Below are positions 1-12,547 of a DNA stretch of 64,000 nt, piece by piece; the stretch's first letter is position 1; each line of letters opens with the position of its first letter. The notes beneath the pieces are model-generated. The model saw nothing but the letters and a program-made list of their open reading frames with translations. It searched no databases and had not been told where the DNA came from. A program made the translations under genes and the position numbers. This DNA is from Octopus sinensis (taxonomy: Eukaryota), in assembly GCF_006345805.1 (NCBI RefSeq), contig NC_043006.1:99572001-99636000 (forward strand), given 5' to 3'.

Positions 1-350
1 GTGATCTCACCAATAGATTCATCAACCAACGATCTATTGTGAGCCAAAACTAAATCCTGTAAATTAATGTATGTCATTTACTAAAGATACATCAAAATCT
101 GTATCTTTACGTTACGACCGAGAAGACGCGGCTGGAATAATTTACTAAGATTATATATCTGCTATATACAGGATATTATTGGACTAAATATGCACAAATT
201 ACAATTGACTGTTTCGAGACTCGAGGAGATAGAAAAAAGTAGTCGAATAAGCCTTGAATTAATTTCTGTCGTTTTAAAGATTTTGTGTAATATAACTCCA
301 GGGACATTACATGGACTTAACATCAAAAAGGAGTTCCTCGCTTTTAGTTA
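1..350. repeat. Dispersed repeat fragment, unclassified; homologous to 9170-9480
   Basis: Shares colinear motifs with 9170-9480: gatc(t/c)caccaataga, aaatcctgtaaat, ggatattatt, ctcgag(g/c)(a/g)gatagaaa. Confidence 0.45.
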
Positions 351-1815
351 AAAATCTCATCAGTATTTAATTAAGCAAAATGGATAAGCAATGAGCAGTA
401 GCGCACACACAAACACACACACAAACACACACACACACATAGTAAAATACACACACATAGATAAAGAGATACGCAGAGAGTCAGACAGACACGTAGTTAG
501 ATACATAGATGTATACATAGATATTTATAAAGGCATGTATATATAAATATTAAAGAGTATAATGTTAAGCGCTCATTATTGAGCCATGCGTAAGGAATGC
601 TAGGTTTATACCTTCGCTAAAAGGTGTTATGGTTAATATTTACTGTATAAAAGGCAGGAACTGGTAGCACGACTTAAACATTTGTTTGACAAAGCTTTAG
701 ATCATCCCCTTGCTGACTATTCTTGTAAGCAAATGGATATGATAACACCCGATCACATACCTTGCCAAATAGCCTAGATAATGCATTTTTAGATTAAGTG
801 ATATTTGTTAACTTTCTTAACTGCCTGAAGTTTTCCTTGTGCTTCCACTGCATTTAATATGGTGATACGATGTCCATTTTTAAAAATATTCCTAGATGAA
901 TTCTCTTACTTTTCCATTTTTATTTTCATTTCATCTTATTATTTCTTGCTTTGGTTTTGCTTTGATTTTATTTAATTATGCTTTCGTTTCATGCCTTCAC
1001 TCATAACTTGAATAATTTAATCCAGCACCCTATTTCAGAATCATGTCTAAGCCTTACAATATTAGTTGTGCCAATGGAAGGTAGTCCTATAATTTGGATT
1101 TGTGTACTTTTATGTAAGTACTCTTAACCTTACTCTTACACTAACTGCTATAGTTTATTTATTTAATAATGGGACCCGTGAATGTTTCGCGGAAATAATG
1201 GTAAACTTATTGGGTCATTTCACAAAGCCTTATCCAAAACACCTCAATGCGTAGCGTATGTTCTTTCTCTACCAAGAGATAGTTGCTCACCTGTTAATCA
1301 TGGAAAATTGAAGGTAATTGGAATACGATGATTACTTAATGCACTGTATATATACAAATTATATACTTTATCCATAGTTTTATTGATTTAACACGCAACA
1401 CTCTCCTTCTTTCTCTCGCACTTTTCGCTTTACCCTCCATTTTCTCTTTCGTTTTTCGCTCTTCGCCTTTCCCTTCAACTAATCACGTGACAGCATTAGA
1501 GATAGGCTAAGTAAACGAGAGAAAAAAATTACACATTTCACTCATCACCAACTCTCCCTGTCTCCCCCTATCACACCCCTTCCCATCTACGAATTCCATG
1601 CATAAACATCTGAAATGTATGATATTCTCTTCCATGATGACAGAGGCTCGTCTCTATGTTAGATGCATCCATACGGTCCCATTTTGTGATGGACTAAATC
1701 TAACAACGTTACTATGGATCGCCGAGTCCCCAAAACCAGCTGTGGGCCTTATAATGTATTTCTTTCCACTCCTTTAATTTTCTCTGCCGTTTGTACTCTT
1801 TGTGACTTGGACCTA

Positions 1816-1854
<39 letters not shown>

Positions 1855-1856
<2 letters not shown>

Positions 1857-2025
1857 CGCAGGAGTGGCTGTGTGGTAAGTAGCTTGCTTACCAACCACAT
1901 GGTTCCGGGTTCAGTCCCACTGCGTGGCACCTTATGCAAGTTTCTTCTACTATAGCCTCGGGCAAACCAAAGCCTTGTGAGTGGATTTGGTAGACGGAAA
2001 CTGAAAGAAGCCCGTCGTATATATG

Positions 2026-2081
<56 letters not shown>

Positions 2082-2288
2082 TGTGTCTTTGTTTGTCCTC
2101 CTAGCATTGATTGACAACCAATGCTGGTGTGTTTACGTCCCTGTCACTTAGCGGTTCGGCAAAAGAGACCGATAGAATAAGTACTAGGCTTACAAAGAAT
2201 AAGTCCTGCGGTCTATTTGCTCGACTAAAGGCGGTGCTCCAGCATGGCCGCAGTCAAATGACTAAAACAAGTAAATGAGTAAAGAGTA
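1855..2288 (+). mobile_element. tRNA-derived SINE, family A (abundant octopus-type SINE with internal (TA)n(TG)n)
   Basis: Head ggagtggctgtgtggtaag (A-box-like) and ggttcagtccc (B-box-like), internal microsatellite, tail ...cagtcaaatgactaaaacaagtaaa. Near-identical copies at 40292, 44050 and 51009. Confidence 0.85.
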
Positions 2289-2299
2289 TATATATATAT

Positions 2300-2512
2300 A
2301 GGCAATTATGAATAAGAGCATAAGATAAATTTCTATACCAATATGCTGAAAAATAGACCTTAGACCGTCCAATCGCATTCAATGCCTTACACTATAAATA
2401 CACACCATGTATTTATAGTGTAAAATATTGAATGTGGTTAGACGATCTACGATCTGTTTTTTTAGTACGTTAGCAGAGAAAATTTCGTTATTTTGCCCTT
2501 ATTTATAATTAT
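2300..2512. repeat. ~210 bp foldback / MITE-like palindrome centred near 2405
   Basis: Perfect 15-bp arms ttacactataaatac (2387-2401) and gtatttatagtgtaa (2409-2423) around a 7-nt loop. Degenerate pairing continues outward for about 90 bp more. Confidence 0.75.
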
Positions 2513-3304
2513 TTATAATTTTCATTTTAAAAGGTATTTTAATAAACTGGCCACTGATAAACTGTTTTGGAAAAATTATATATATATATACACATATACA
2601 TATACATATAAATTCATTCATCATCTAAAGGTTTCCGCCCTTCTCACGTTTTGCATGTGTATATATTATGTATTGTACTTAACGTTTTTAATATATTTGA
2701 TGTATCTCATTTGCTTATCCACATAATTGCTTCTATACTAGCTCAACCTGATGTGTCTTATTGCCTTTCAGTAGGCCGCGTTACGAACCCCTGTAAAGAT
2801 ATCGGATTGTAAGTTTGAATCTTTTGGGCTCTAGTAAGTGACTTCTCTACGGAGAATATCTGGATCTCATCTGTCAACAATATCTACATACATATTGTCC
2901 AGGATGGACGCAGTCAAATGATTGAAACAAATAATAAAATAAAAGAATATATATCATATACATATTAGTGTGTGCATGTGTGCGTGTCTGTATGTCTATA
3001 GCTGTACATATATATGTATGGATACCTGGTGTATGTATATAAAAACATATGACAAACAGTGCCACAGATATATGAATCTTTTCATGTCATATTTCATGTA
3101 TTCTGGACTATTGCAGAATTTGATCAACGCCTGCACAACAACATCCGAGGGCTTTATGATGTTTAATTAAAAAGGAATCAACAATAGCAATAAAAGATTG
3201 TGGTGTTGTAATTGACAGGTAGCAAGCTTCTGCGATAAATTAACTCTGTGTATTCTGATGTAAGAATATGTATATGCATAATGTACAAAAAATCTAACAT
3301 AAGA

Positions 3305-3305
3305 T

Positions 3306-3377
<72 letters not shown>
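3305..3377 (+). repeat. (GATA)n microsatellite
   Basis: Direct reading. Confidence 0.95.
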
Positions 3378-3378
<1 letters not shown>

Positions 3379-4003
3379 AAAATAAGAAAAAACAAAGCAA
3401 CAAGGAGAACTATTAACTGAATCAGAGACTATTAGATAAAGGTATACATGAATGCTGTCAAGTAAAACACGAAATGAAAACGTGACATTATTTCTGAACG
3501 AATGTATAAAGAGAGAAGAAATGAGTACAACAAAATTAATTATACCACAAGACGTGTACTGGTGGCAATCAGGTAATCGATTCTAAAACACTTATATATA
3601 CATATTTGTTCACACAGTAACTCACTAAACATAAATATTTGCCATATGTTACTCTTCATCCACATCACATTAAACCTGTACATCTTTACCATTACATAAT
3701 TTATAACATCAGGCAAATTCATTAGCATACACTCTAATGAGGATATGTGTGTCTGCGTGTCTCTGCGTCTCTATACGTATTTACATATTCATTTACTTCT
3801 GTAGATGCTTTATATTGCAGGTATCACAATTCAACATTTACCTAAATACTTAATTTTTTCCTTGACACTGATCAAATCCAAATAAAAAATTACGGAAATG
3901 AAACTATAACAAACTTAAACAGCTGCACTCTTCCGGTATTGAGGGTTCCCCACTCTACCCCTTTTTAATTTTTTCCCTAGCATTTTTTCCCACTGGCACT
4001 CAC

Positions 4004-4200
4004 TGTGGAGGTGCGTGTCTTCGCAGTTCGGGTGTTGGGCTCATGATTGTAAGATTGTGGTTTGGAATCCCGAAACGGAAGTCGCGTTGTGTTATCGAGC
4101 AAAGCACTTGATTTCAAGTCGCTCCAGTCCACTCAGCTGGCAAACCTGAGGAATCCTGCGACGGACCAGCGTCCCGTCCAGGGGGTTAATATATACGCAA
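4004..4200 (+). mobile_element. tRNA-derived SINE, family B (degenerate)
   Basis: Head tgtggaggtgcgtg... and core cctgcgacggaccagcgtcccgtccagggg, which resembles ctctgcgatggactggcgtcctgtccag in the copy at 16893-17194. Confidence 0.65.
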
Positions 4201-4276
4201 TGGCTCGGTATATCTCAAAGTCTTTTTTTACTTTTCTGTGATTCATTCTTTTACGTTTCTACCCACCATCTCTTCG

Positions 4277-4308
<32 letters not shown>

Positions 4309-4780
4309 CCCACTCTGTCTCTTCTTTATCTCCCCCGCTTGCTCTCTTTCTCTCTCCGACATCCACTTTCATTCTTATATTGATCCAAATTCGGCCACCG
4401 CTCTCAGAATTTCTAGTTTAGTAGATACTTTCAATTTTACAAGAAATCTTTGACGTAATATTTCTCTTTAATTCAGTTTCGTGCAATTTTTGTCTTTTTC
4501 TTTCTTAATCTTGCCATTTGTCCCCAGTATATAAACTTTACTTGTATATTTGCTCCATTTTTGTTTAACACTTTATATTTCTCCACATTTCAGTCACTTG
4601 TTTTCTTCTTTCTTTTTTACCTTGTATGCGTGTTTAATATGTTTGTCGCCTCCTAGGTTAATATCTTACTTGTATTCAGGCGGCGAGCTGGCAGAAACGT
4701 TAGCACGCTGGGCAAAATGCTTAGCTGTATTTAATCTGTTTTTGAGTTCTGAATACCAATTCCGTCGAGGTCGACTTTAT

Positions 4781-4923
4781 TTACATTATTTATATTTGAC
4801 GGATATTTGTTCACATCGTGTTTGTTGTTAACACAACGTTTCGGCTGATACACCCTCCAGCCTTCATGAAGTGTCTCGGGGAAATTTCGAACCTGGGTTC
4901 TCATTCCTGCGATATTTTTCGAT

Positions 4924-4986
<63 letters not shown>

Positions 4987-5114
4987 TGGGTCACTGCCTT
5001 TAATCGAACTCAAAATCGTGGGGTCAGTAGCCCGCGCTTTTAACAACTACTACGCCACATGATATAAATAATGTAAATAATGTACATAATTCTTCATCTC
5101 TTAAATATAGAAAT
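4781..5114. mobile_element. Non-autonomous PLE-derived element with a 14-bp target-site duplication; second copy at 47728-48090
   Basis: Exact direct repeat gaggtcgactttat at 4767-4780 and 5115-5128. Colinear with 47728-48090. Carries a decayed HHR. Confidence 0.75.
4831..4874 (-). ncRNA. Decayed minimal type I hammerhead ribozyme
   Basis: Minus strand: ACAC-UUCAUGA-A-GGCUG(gagggugua u)CAGCC-GAAA-CG-UU-GUGU. Stems I and II are intact, but the core reads UUCAUGA instead of CUGAUGA (2 substitutions). Confidence 0.7.
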
Positions 5115-6241
5115 GAGGTCGACTTTATGTTTCAATTTTTCGGTGTCGATAAATTAAGTACCAGTAGCGTACTGGGGTCGATCTAATCGTCTGGCCCCAA
5201 AATTTCGGACATTGTGCCTAGAGTAGAAAAGAATATCATTTTTGTCTTCTTTGCATTATTTTTATCTTATGCTCACACCGACACATATTTAATCAGTGTG
5301 ATGTATATATCCATTTCTAGTGGCACTAAGATATCTAACAAAACATTTTCATAACATTGTAGAAATTCAGAGGCTCTCCACGGAACAACAGAGAAATGCA
5401 ATTTGCATCTTCGAAGCAAATTGATTCAAAGTACAATAATAATCATAATCTGCGAAATACCACGGAGACTTGACTTTTTGGGGGTACTTGTCATACATAC
5501 ATAAACAGTAGTAAAACACGTGAGCGTACTTGGCCACTAGAACTATATGTATACACGTTACATGTCGTAGCTTATCCACGTACTCATATGTATATATACA
5601 TCCACTAACTGCATAGTACGATCAAAAATCACGGTGAAGTAACTCAAACATAATGCCTTTATTATTTGCTTTGTTACTTTGCTAGTGACTGCCTTGAATT
5701 CGGGACAGGAAAACACCCAAATAAAATTTCAAGTAAAATATTCATACATACGTATTATATTATCAGGATCACTTAGGAAATAACAGATGTGGTATTTAAT
5801 ATCATATTCGTATATAGTACAAATTATTCTTAATGGACCGCATAATATTTTTTCTGGTACGATAATTCATAATCGGAAAAGTTACATAGATTGCTGTAAG
5901 GGGTTTCTCTGCCATCCATTATTCTTTTGTCTTGAATATTTCCGATGTATGGAAAATCCATAATTCTATCCATAATTGGATTGCAAAACGCTACCCAACC
6001 AGAGGCGTATTCCGTTTTTGTGTGTGGTAATGCATACGTTCTTCAATAATCCTGTAGTAAAAAAAAACACAAGAAAATAACATGTCAAGGTACACTATTG
6101 GCTGTTCACATGCAAAAATACTTAAATGCGCACCATTCAGTCGCCTAGATATTCAATATGCGCGCAGGAACACGGGCATACACACACGCATGCGCATACA
6201 CATACAAACACATATGTCCATAGTTAGATACATAGATATAC

Positions 6242-6291
<50 letters not shown>

Positions 6292-6330
6292 TCACACATA
6301 GGTATATGTATATCAATGTATCTAATATAC

Positions 6331-6364
6331 GAGACGGAGCAGAATCTTGCTGAAACGCGTACAA
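6331..6364 (+). ncRNA. 5'-damaged hammerhead ribozyme relic
   Basis: GAGACGG-AGCA(gaaucu)UGCU-GAAA-CGCG-UA-CAAC. Stem II, GAAA and a palindromic stem III are present. The CUGANGA core and the 5' strand of stem I are corrupted where the element meets the TA tract. Confidence 0.5.
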
Positions 6365-6536
6365 CATCTTCTGGATAACTTTCTTCAATCAGCAGCATTG
6401 TTGAATAAAAAAGGAAGAAAAGCAAGATTTCTTTATATCATAGCCATTTAAACCAGTTTAAATTGGTGATGTACATACATGCATATGTATGTATGTATAC
6501 GTTCGTATATGTAAGTTTAAAGTATATAGTATGTTG

Positions 6537-6571
<35 letters not shown>

Positions 6572-6616
6572 TATATATATATGTATAAGGATGAAAAGGA
6601 ACACACGAGTTGATAC

Positions 6617-7017
6617 ATATGAAAAAAAAGTCAAGATAGAAAATGCTAAGATAAGTTTATAAAGAAAACTTCAGAACCGGTTTCAGTCATTTTGAGACCT
6701 TTTCAACAGTAACAATTAAATAATTAAATTTAGAAAAAACTTAAAAGAAAAGTTTTTTTAAAGGAATATTTGTATAGTGTTCAAATATAAGTGGCATTTT
6801 CCTTGTTTCTGCCTTTCTCTGTCTAAGGAGAAAGAAGGGAAATGCCACTTATATTTGAACGCCATACAAATATTCTTTTAAAAACACTTTTCTTTTAATT
6901 CTTCTAAATTTAATTATTTAATCGTTACAATTGAAAAGGTCTCAAAATGACTAAAACCGGTACTGAAGTGTTCTTTATAAAATTATTTTAGCATTTTCTA
7001 TCTTGACTTGTTTTTTC

Positions 7018-7020
<3 letters not shown>
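6617..7020. mobile_element. ~400 bp palindromic PLE pseudo-LTR derivative in (TA)n, with a decayed HHR in each arm (6672-6710 minus, 6927-6965 plus)
   Basis: Left arm tatgaaaaaaaagtcaagatagaaaatgctaa... is the reverse complement of the right arm ...ttagcattttctatcttgacttgttttttcata. The centre is near 6820. Arms are homologous to the PLE tails at 21075-21165 and 47480-47690. Confidence 0.8.
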
Positions 7021-7052
<32 letters not shown>

Positions 7053-7114
7053 ATATACATATATATATATTTGCATTTATGTACTATCTGAGTATATGCG
7101 GCTGTTGATAGCAG

Positions 7115-7790
7115 TAACCACAAGAATCTATTTCGACCGTATTGTAACTTGTGATGAAAAGTGAATTCACAAAAACCTTCTTCGCAGTGGTTGGACCAAC
7201 ACGAAATACCGAAATCGCCCCCTAAACTCGAGCTCTTCAAAAATAATATCATGGGTACTGTTCGGTGGTGTTCTGCTGGACTAATCCACTATAACTTCTT
7301 AAAACCCAGGAAAAAACATTACTACAGAAACATATTGCCATGAAACTGCCAAAATAAACGAAAAAATGTTACTCATTCGTCCAGACTGGTCAAGAGAATA
7401 GGGCCAATCATTCTTAATGACAGAGCCCGACCATGCCTTTCCCTAATGACGCTTCAAAAGTTGGGGAAACTTCGCTACGAATATCTTCCCCACCCAGCTC
7501 ATTCCACGGCCCTTTCTCCTACCAACGACCACATTTTCAAGCATTTTGATGGTTTTCTGACAGAGGAGTTCAAAAATCAAACCGATGTTGAAAGTGGATT
7601 CAAAGAGTTCATCAACACCAGAACTCCAAATTTTCATGTGACCGACATATACAAACTCGTAACTGGTTGGCAAAAATGTGTTGATTGTAATGGTACTTAC
7701 TTTGATGAATATAATTTCCGCATTGTTGAAATATATTGTGATGAATTTCATGTTCCAAAACATTGCTTAGTTTTTACTCAACCTGATATA
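7115..7790 (+). pseudogene. mariner (DD34D) transposase relic, 3' half with terminal repeat
   Basis: Degenerate motifs IVTCDEK* (~7140), ILNDRARP (HDNARPH-like), HPAHSTALSPTNDHIF (HPPYSPDLAPSDYHLF-like) and WQKCVDCNGTYFD. Contains frameshifts. Confidence 0.85.
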
Positions 7791-9169
7791 AAAATGTCCA
7801 ATGAAATTCTATCTTTAATATTTACAACGATCACCTGTAATGATACATCAATATGTACAGGCAACATTTCATCCACATGACGTGTCTATGAATATGAAGG
7901 ACGTTTTGTGCAAGATTCTCGGACTCGGAAAAATATTGGCTTTTATTATTTGCAGATTTAGAATAATCTTAGAAAGACCTGGTCATGGGAGAAGAATGAT
8001 TGACAGTAATATTACGCTGTAGACTGCGAGCTTATATCTTTCTTTATTTTGATTGTGTATTGATTGTCATAGCCTTTACAGAAATCTAAGTATAATATGC
8101 TGTTCTTTAAAAACAAAAAACAAAAAATTAATGCAATGGACAATTATTTAGTGGTCGATCTGCTAAGCAAAGTTCACTCTTCGTATTCACATATCAAACA
8201 CATCAGTGGTTCATTTTCTCTGGAATTCATTTTTCACTATCATTGATTCTTTCTTTCTTTATATATCTTTCTTTCTCTGAGTCTTCCTCCACAAGACAGG
8301 TATTTTAAACATGGAGGTATTAAGAGAGTGTTAAGTATCAGCAAATTTGGAATCACTAAAGAATATTATAGTAGATTTTCATCGACTTTGCTAGTCAGAT
8401 AAATTCTATATCGTAAATATAAGATCCCTTAATGCTTTTTCTGTACCATGTATCAACATGTAGTAGCCTTGGCTAAGTTTATATTCCCCAGCGTATGAAA
8501 GCAAATAATATAATATATAATCACACTTTTCAAGCCACTTCGTTCATTACATTTCTAAACAACTTTATTGACATACTTCAACTAAACTTTGAAGAGAAGT
8601 CATCCGTCATACCAAATGGAAGAAAATAGAATTTTCTTGGATTCCTACACGTGATGTATTGTAATACTGTCTTTTTAATGATAGTAAATGACAATATATA
8701 GCTGTTTTCCTGTCACCAGAACAATTGGTGGTCACTAAATAACTCTTTAAACAGACGCGTCAGTAAAGGACTTTAAATATAAAATCATGACAGAAAATAA
8801 CTGTAGTGATTTATATCTGTAAAAGGCATAAAACAGTTACGTATCGAATTAAGTGAGTTGTAAATCGTCATCGTACACGTAGACAACATCATCATCGTCG
8901 TCGTCGTCGTCGCCATCATCATTATAGACATCATCATCATCATCATCATCAATATCATCGTCTCTATGAACTTCATCGCCCATCATTAATAGCGTGGTCG
9001 AGATATCATATTCCCAGTAATCAACATCAGCCACTACAAGCCATTGTTGTCATGACCATGATCATCAGGGTGATACACATCTACATCCTCTCATCTTCAT
9101 CCTCCTCACTATTGTTATCACCATCATCATCACTTCATCCTCGTTTCAACATAAATATGAATCAGCGAG

Positions 9170-9480
9170 AGAGATCCCACCAATAGAATCATTATCTTAG
9201 GACCTGTTATGAGACAACTAGAAATCCTGTAAATGAGCATATAATCTGCTAAATATGGCAATGAAGATGGACGCATTATAGACTTAGATAAGCTACGAAT
9301 TATCTAAGAGTGTCACTGAATGATCCCATAGAATTACATGACAACTTTATATAGGATATTATTAAACTATTAACAAATGAACAGTTACCTTACTGCCACT
9401 CGAGCGGATAGAAATACTTGCCGAATAATGCTCAGTCTACATGCAGCAACTTATAAGACATTTACATTGTATAAAAAGTT
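9170..9480. repeat. Dispersed repeat fragment homologous to 1-350
   Basis: See feature 1-350. Confidence 0.45.
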
Positions 9481-9734
9481 CTAGAAAAAGTAAACTAAAG
9501 ACACTTTTATGGGTTTTCATTATATTTAGATTTGATCAGAGTACATTGAAGCAAAATAGCAAATGTTTTCTCTGACGGTATGACGCTATAGATAATATGC
9601 CAGGCGTTGACTGAACTATTTTAGGGTTAGTATTAAATGATATTACTCATATATTAAAATATATTCATGCATTCATCTATCTAAATAACCATATTATCCG
9701 CTCACTATCTCTGGGAATGTCCAGGAGTGCCCAA

Positions 9735-10325
9735 CTAGAAGCGATCGTTAATAGACTTTCTGACTGTATTTTCAGCATGATCAACTGAAACTGCAGCAGT
9801 TATCCATCTATCTCGGTTTTTGTTTACGCACAGCATGCCTGGCAGTTGGCTCTGTTTGAAACATCGGTCCTGCGATTTCTTGTCCTTAGTAACGGAACCG
9901 TGATCACTCAATGTGGAGAAGTATCGGCGCGAAATGGGGCGACTCCATGACCCCCGAGCTACAAACCAAGTCATATGACCTTACACTTGATATCTTTGAG
10001 ATGAACACAGTTTTTGTCGCATCCTTTCGCAATCTTATTCATTCGATCATTGCCCAACTTTCATAACTATGTGACGATAGACACCGAAACCGAACGTTTA
10101 GCATTTGTTTAAAGCTCCCCTGTTGCAAGGATTGAATTTTGTATTACTTTACCAGCAACATCAATTCTAGCATCCTAGTAAACTTCCTTCATAATATCAG
10201 AGGCGATTACGATTCCGTGATACTCAAATTTCTCCACTTGTCTCAGTTTCTAGAGTGCACGAGAACGCATTTTTGAGAGGGCAAACGTTTCAATCGTCGC
10301 GATATCAGTTCTCATTCCTATTCTA
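9735..10325 (-). mobile_element. RTE-like LINE 3' fragment
   Basis: Minus-strand translation gives LRQVEKFEYHGIVIASD (the VEKFKYLG-type thumb motif) and HSYESWAMIE (resembling YGHESWVMT). Many stops. Confidence 0.55.
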
Positions 10326-10528
10326 CAAGAATATTTATTGAAGCATCACATATATGCATTTGCTAAAAACGTCTTTAGAAATAGTTATAATTTTATATTA
10401 TAGCAATTGTTTCTTGATTTCAAGTTTCTTTTTTACCGTTGTATGATGACTGGAATTCGAAACATAAGTCTTCGAACATACCATGATTGTTTTCACTTTT
10501 GTTTCTTTCACCGGTGAATTTAATAAAG

Positions 10529-10576
<48 letters not shown>

Positions 10577-12045
10577 GTACGCGTATGTGCATTCAAACAT
10601 ATTTTCAAACGCATGTGTGAACGGATTTTACTTCCACATTGTCCGCCTACCAACTTATATTGATCATTCCGATGTTTTAATACGAGACACTAATCTGCGT
10701 AGCCAGCAAGAGAAATCGGACGAGAAAGAACTTACGAAGCAAAATATTTTAACCACCTTGCTACAGAAAATTCGGCTTTGGTATGTTACTAAGCATCTAC
10801 TACGGATTTTCACTGCTTCATTAGCAAGACGAACGCAGCTGAAATTTCATGTCATTGCCTCGTGGAAATAATATCGTTGAAATAATATCGTTGAAATAAT
10901 ATCATGTAGAAGCTTATAATATTCCGAAGATATCCCAGTGTGACCTTTCTCACATTTGTGACCATCATGCGTTATTGGAGAGGAAATGTTTCTACATAGT
11001 TAGTGTAAGCATATGATGCGTATTTTAGTAAACTGCGAAATAAGCAAAATATTGTTTTATTTCATTCTATAATCTGTCTGATACAATGCTGATATATAGA
11101 GTTTTTAAACTTTTCACTGATGTAAAAATAGCGTTAGGTGAGCTATTTGTTGACCTTTCTTTGCCAATGCTGTACATATAGAATGAAATGATGAAGAGAA
11201 GCAACATATTTCCAATATTATTTTCGGCAGTCTGCAATCTGAAATGTTTAACTAAATTTGAAGTATTAAAGGAAAAGTATTGATCAGTGTTAGATGAGTT
11301 ATCACAAAAATTTATTCTAGAACTCTGCATCAATCACTAAAGGTCATGACGATAACCAGACAATGACGTCCAGTTAGTTAATTGTTTGCTTCGATATAGC
11401 TTAATCTCATTTTCCCTCCACACACACACATACAAACGTACGCGCACTCACACCAAAATTATACACACACAAACTCATACACACACACATACTCAAACAC
11501 ACATACACATAGAAATATGTGAAATTAATTCACATATGATTTACTGGTTCCCTGCAGCAGCAACATTTTTCTTCGAAAAGTCTGTCGTACTAAGTCAAGG
11601 TTATATGCTCAAAGCTACCGTTTTGAATAACAAAATATATAAAAATATATTTGTATTATAGATTATAGATAAAAGGATTGTATTTTCATCTATGCGTCAT
11701 ATTAATATACAAAGTTCATACATAGACACACACATATATATATATATACACACACACAGACCGAGGCACAGAGAGGGAGAGAGAGAAAGATTTGGATGTT
11801 TGTGTATGCGTATATATACTTGTGTCTCTCCCTACATATGCGTCTGACTATATATATTTATCAATATCTATCCTTCTCTCTCTATCTCAATTTCTCTGTA
11901 TCTCACTCTCTCAGTCTCTTATATATGGAGGGTTAAATGAGAAGTTTGATTTCATGTAATGTATATAATTAAAGATTTTATAAATATAGGGGGCGAATAT
12001 ATACACAGTGAGTATAACAGATTGATAAAGAGAACGAGAAAAAGA

Positions 12046-12058
12046 GATAGATAGATTA

Positions 12059-12136
<78 letters not shown>

Positions 12137-12467
12137 GGATGGTTGGATAGATAAAAAGACAGAGAGATACATAGATAGGAAGATAGATAGATAGATGATG
12201 GATGGATGGATAGATAGGTAGGTAGATAGATGGATGGATGGATGGATGGATAGATAAAAAAGACAGATAGATACATAGATAGATATGAGGATAGATAGAT
12301 AGTTAAATACATAGATAGATGGAAAGATAGTTAGGTAGATAGATAGATAGGTAGGTAGCTAGTTAGGTAGAAATATAGATAGATAGATAGGTAGGTAGGT
12401 ATGTAGGTAGGTAGGTAGGTAGGTAGGTAGATAGGTAGGTAGCTTGATAGGTAGATAGACTGATAAG

Positions 12468-12546
<79 letters not shown>
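12046..12546 (+). repeat. Compound (GATA)n/(GGAT)n/(GGTA)n array
   Basis: Direct reading. Confidence 0.9.

Positions 12547-12547
<1 letters not shown>

Larger units (their letters stand above)
4679..5237 (+). mobile_element. tRNA-derived SINE, family C, split by a nested insertion (4781-5114)
   Basis: Head ggcggcgagctggcagaaacgttagcacg ... gaggtcgactttat, resuming after the insert with ...gtcgataaattaagtaccagt...ctggggtcgat...ttgtgcctagagtagaaaag. A related degenerate copy lies at 40950-41090. Confidence 0.7.

Noticed and set aside
761-900. Minus-strand donor aag|GTATGT at 761/760 and an NALSRL motif suggesting an exon or a gypsy RNase H end
   Set aside because: No convincing acceptor, in-frame stops nearby, and the motif is too short to support a call.
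1855-1925. SINE heads as tRNA genes
   Set aside because: A/B-box-like motifs continue into SINE bodies repeated across the window, and no cloverleaf forms.
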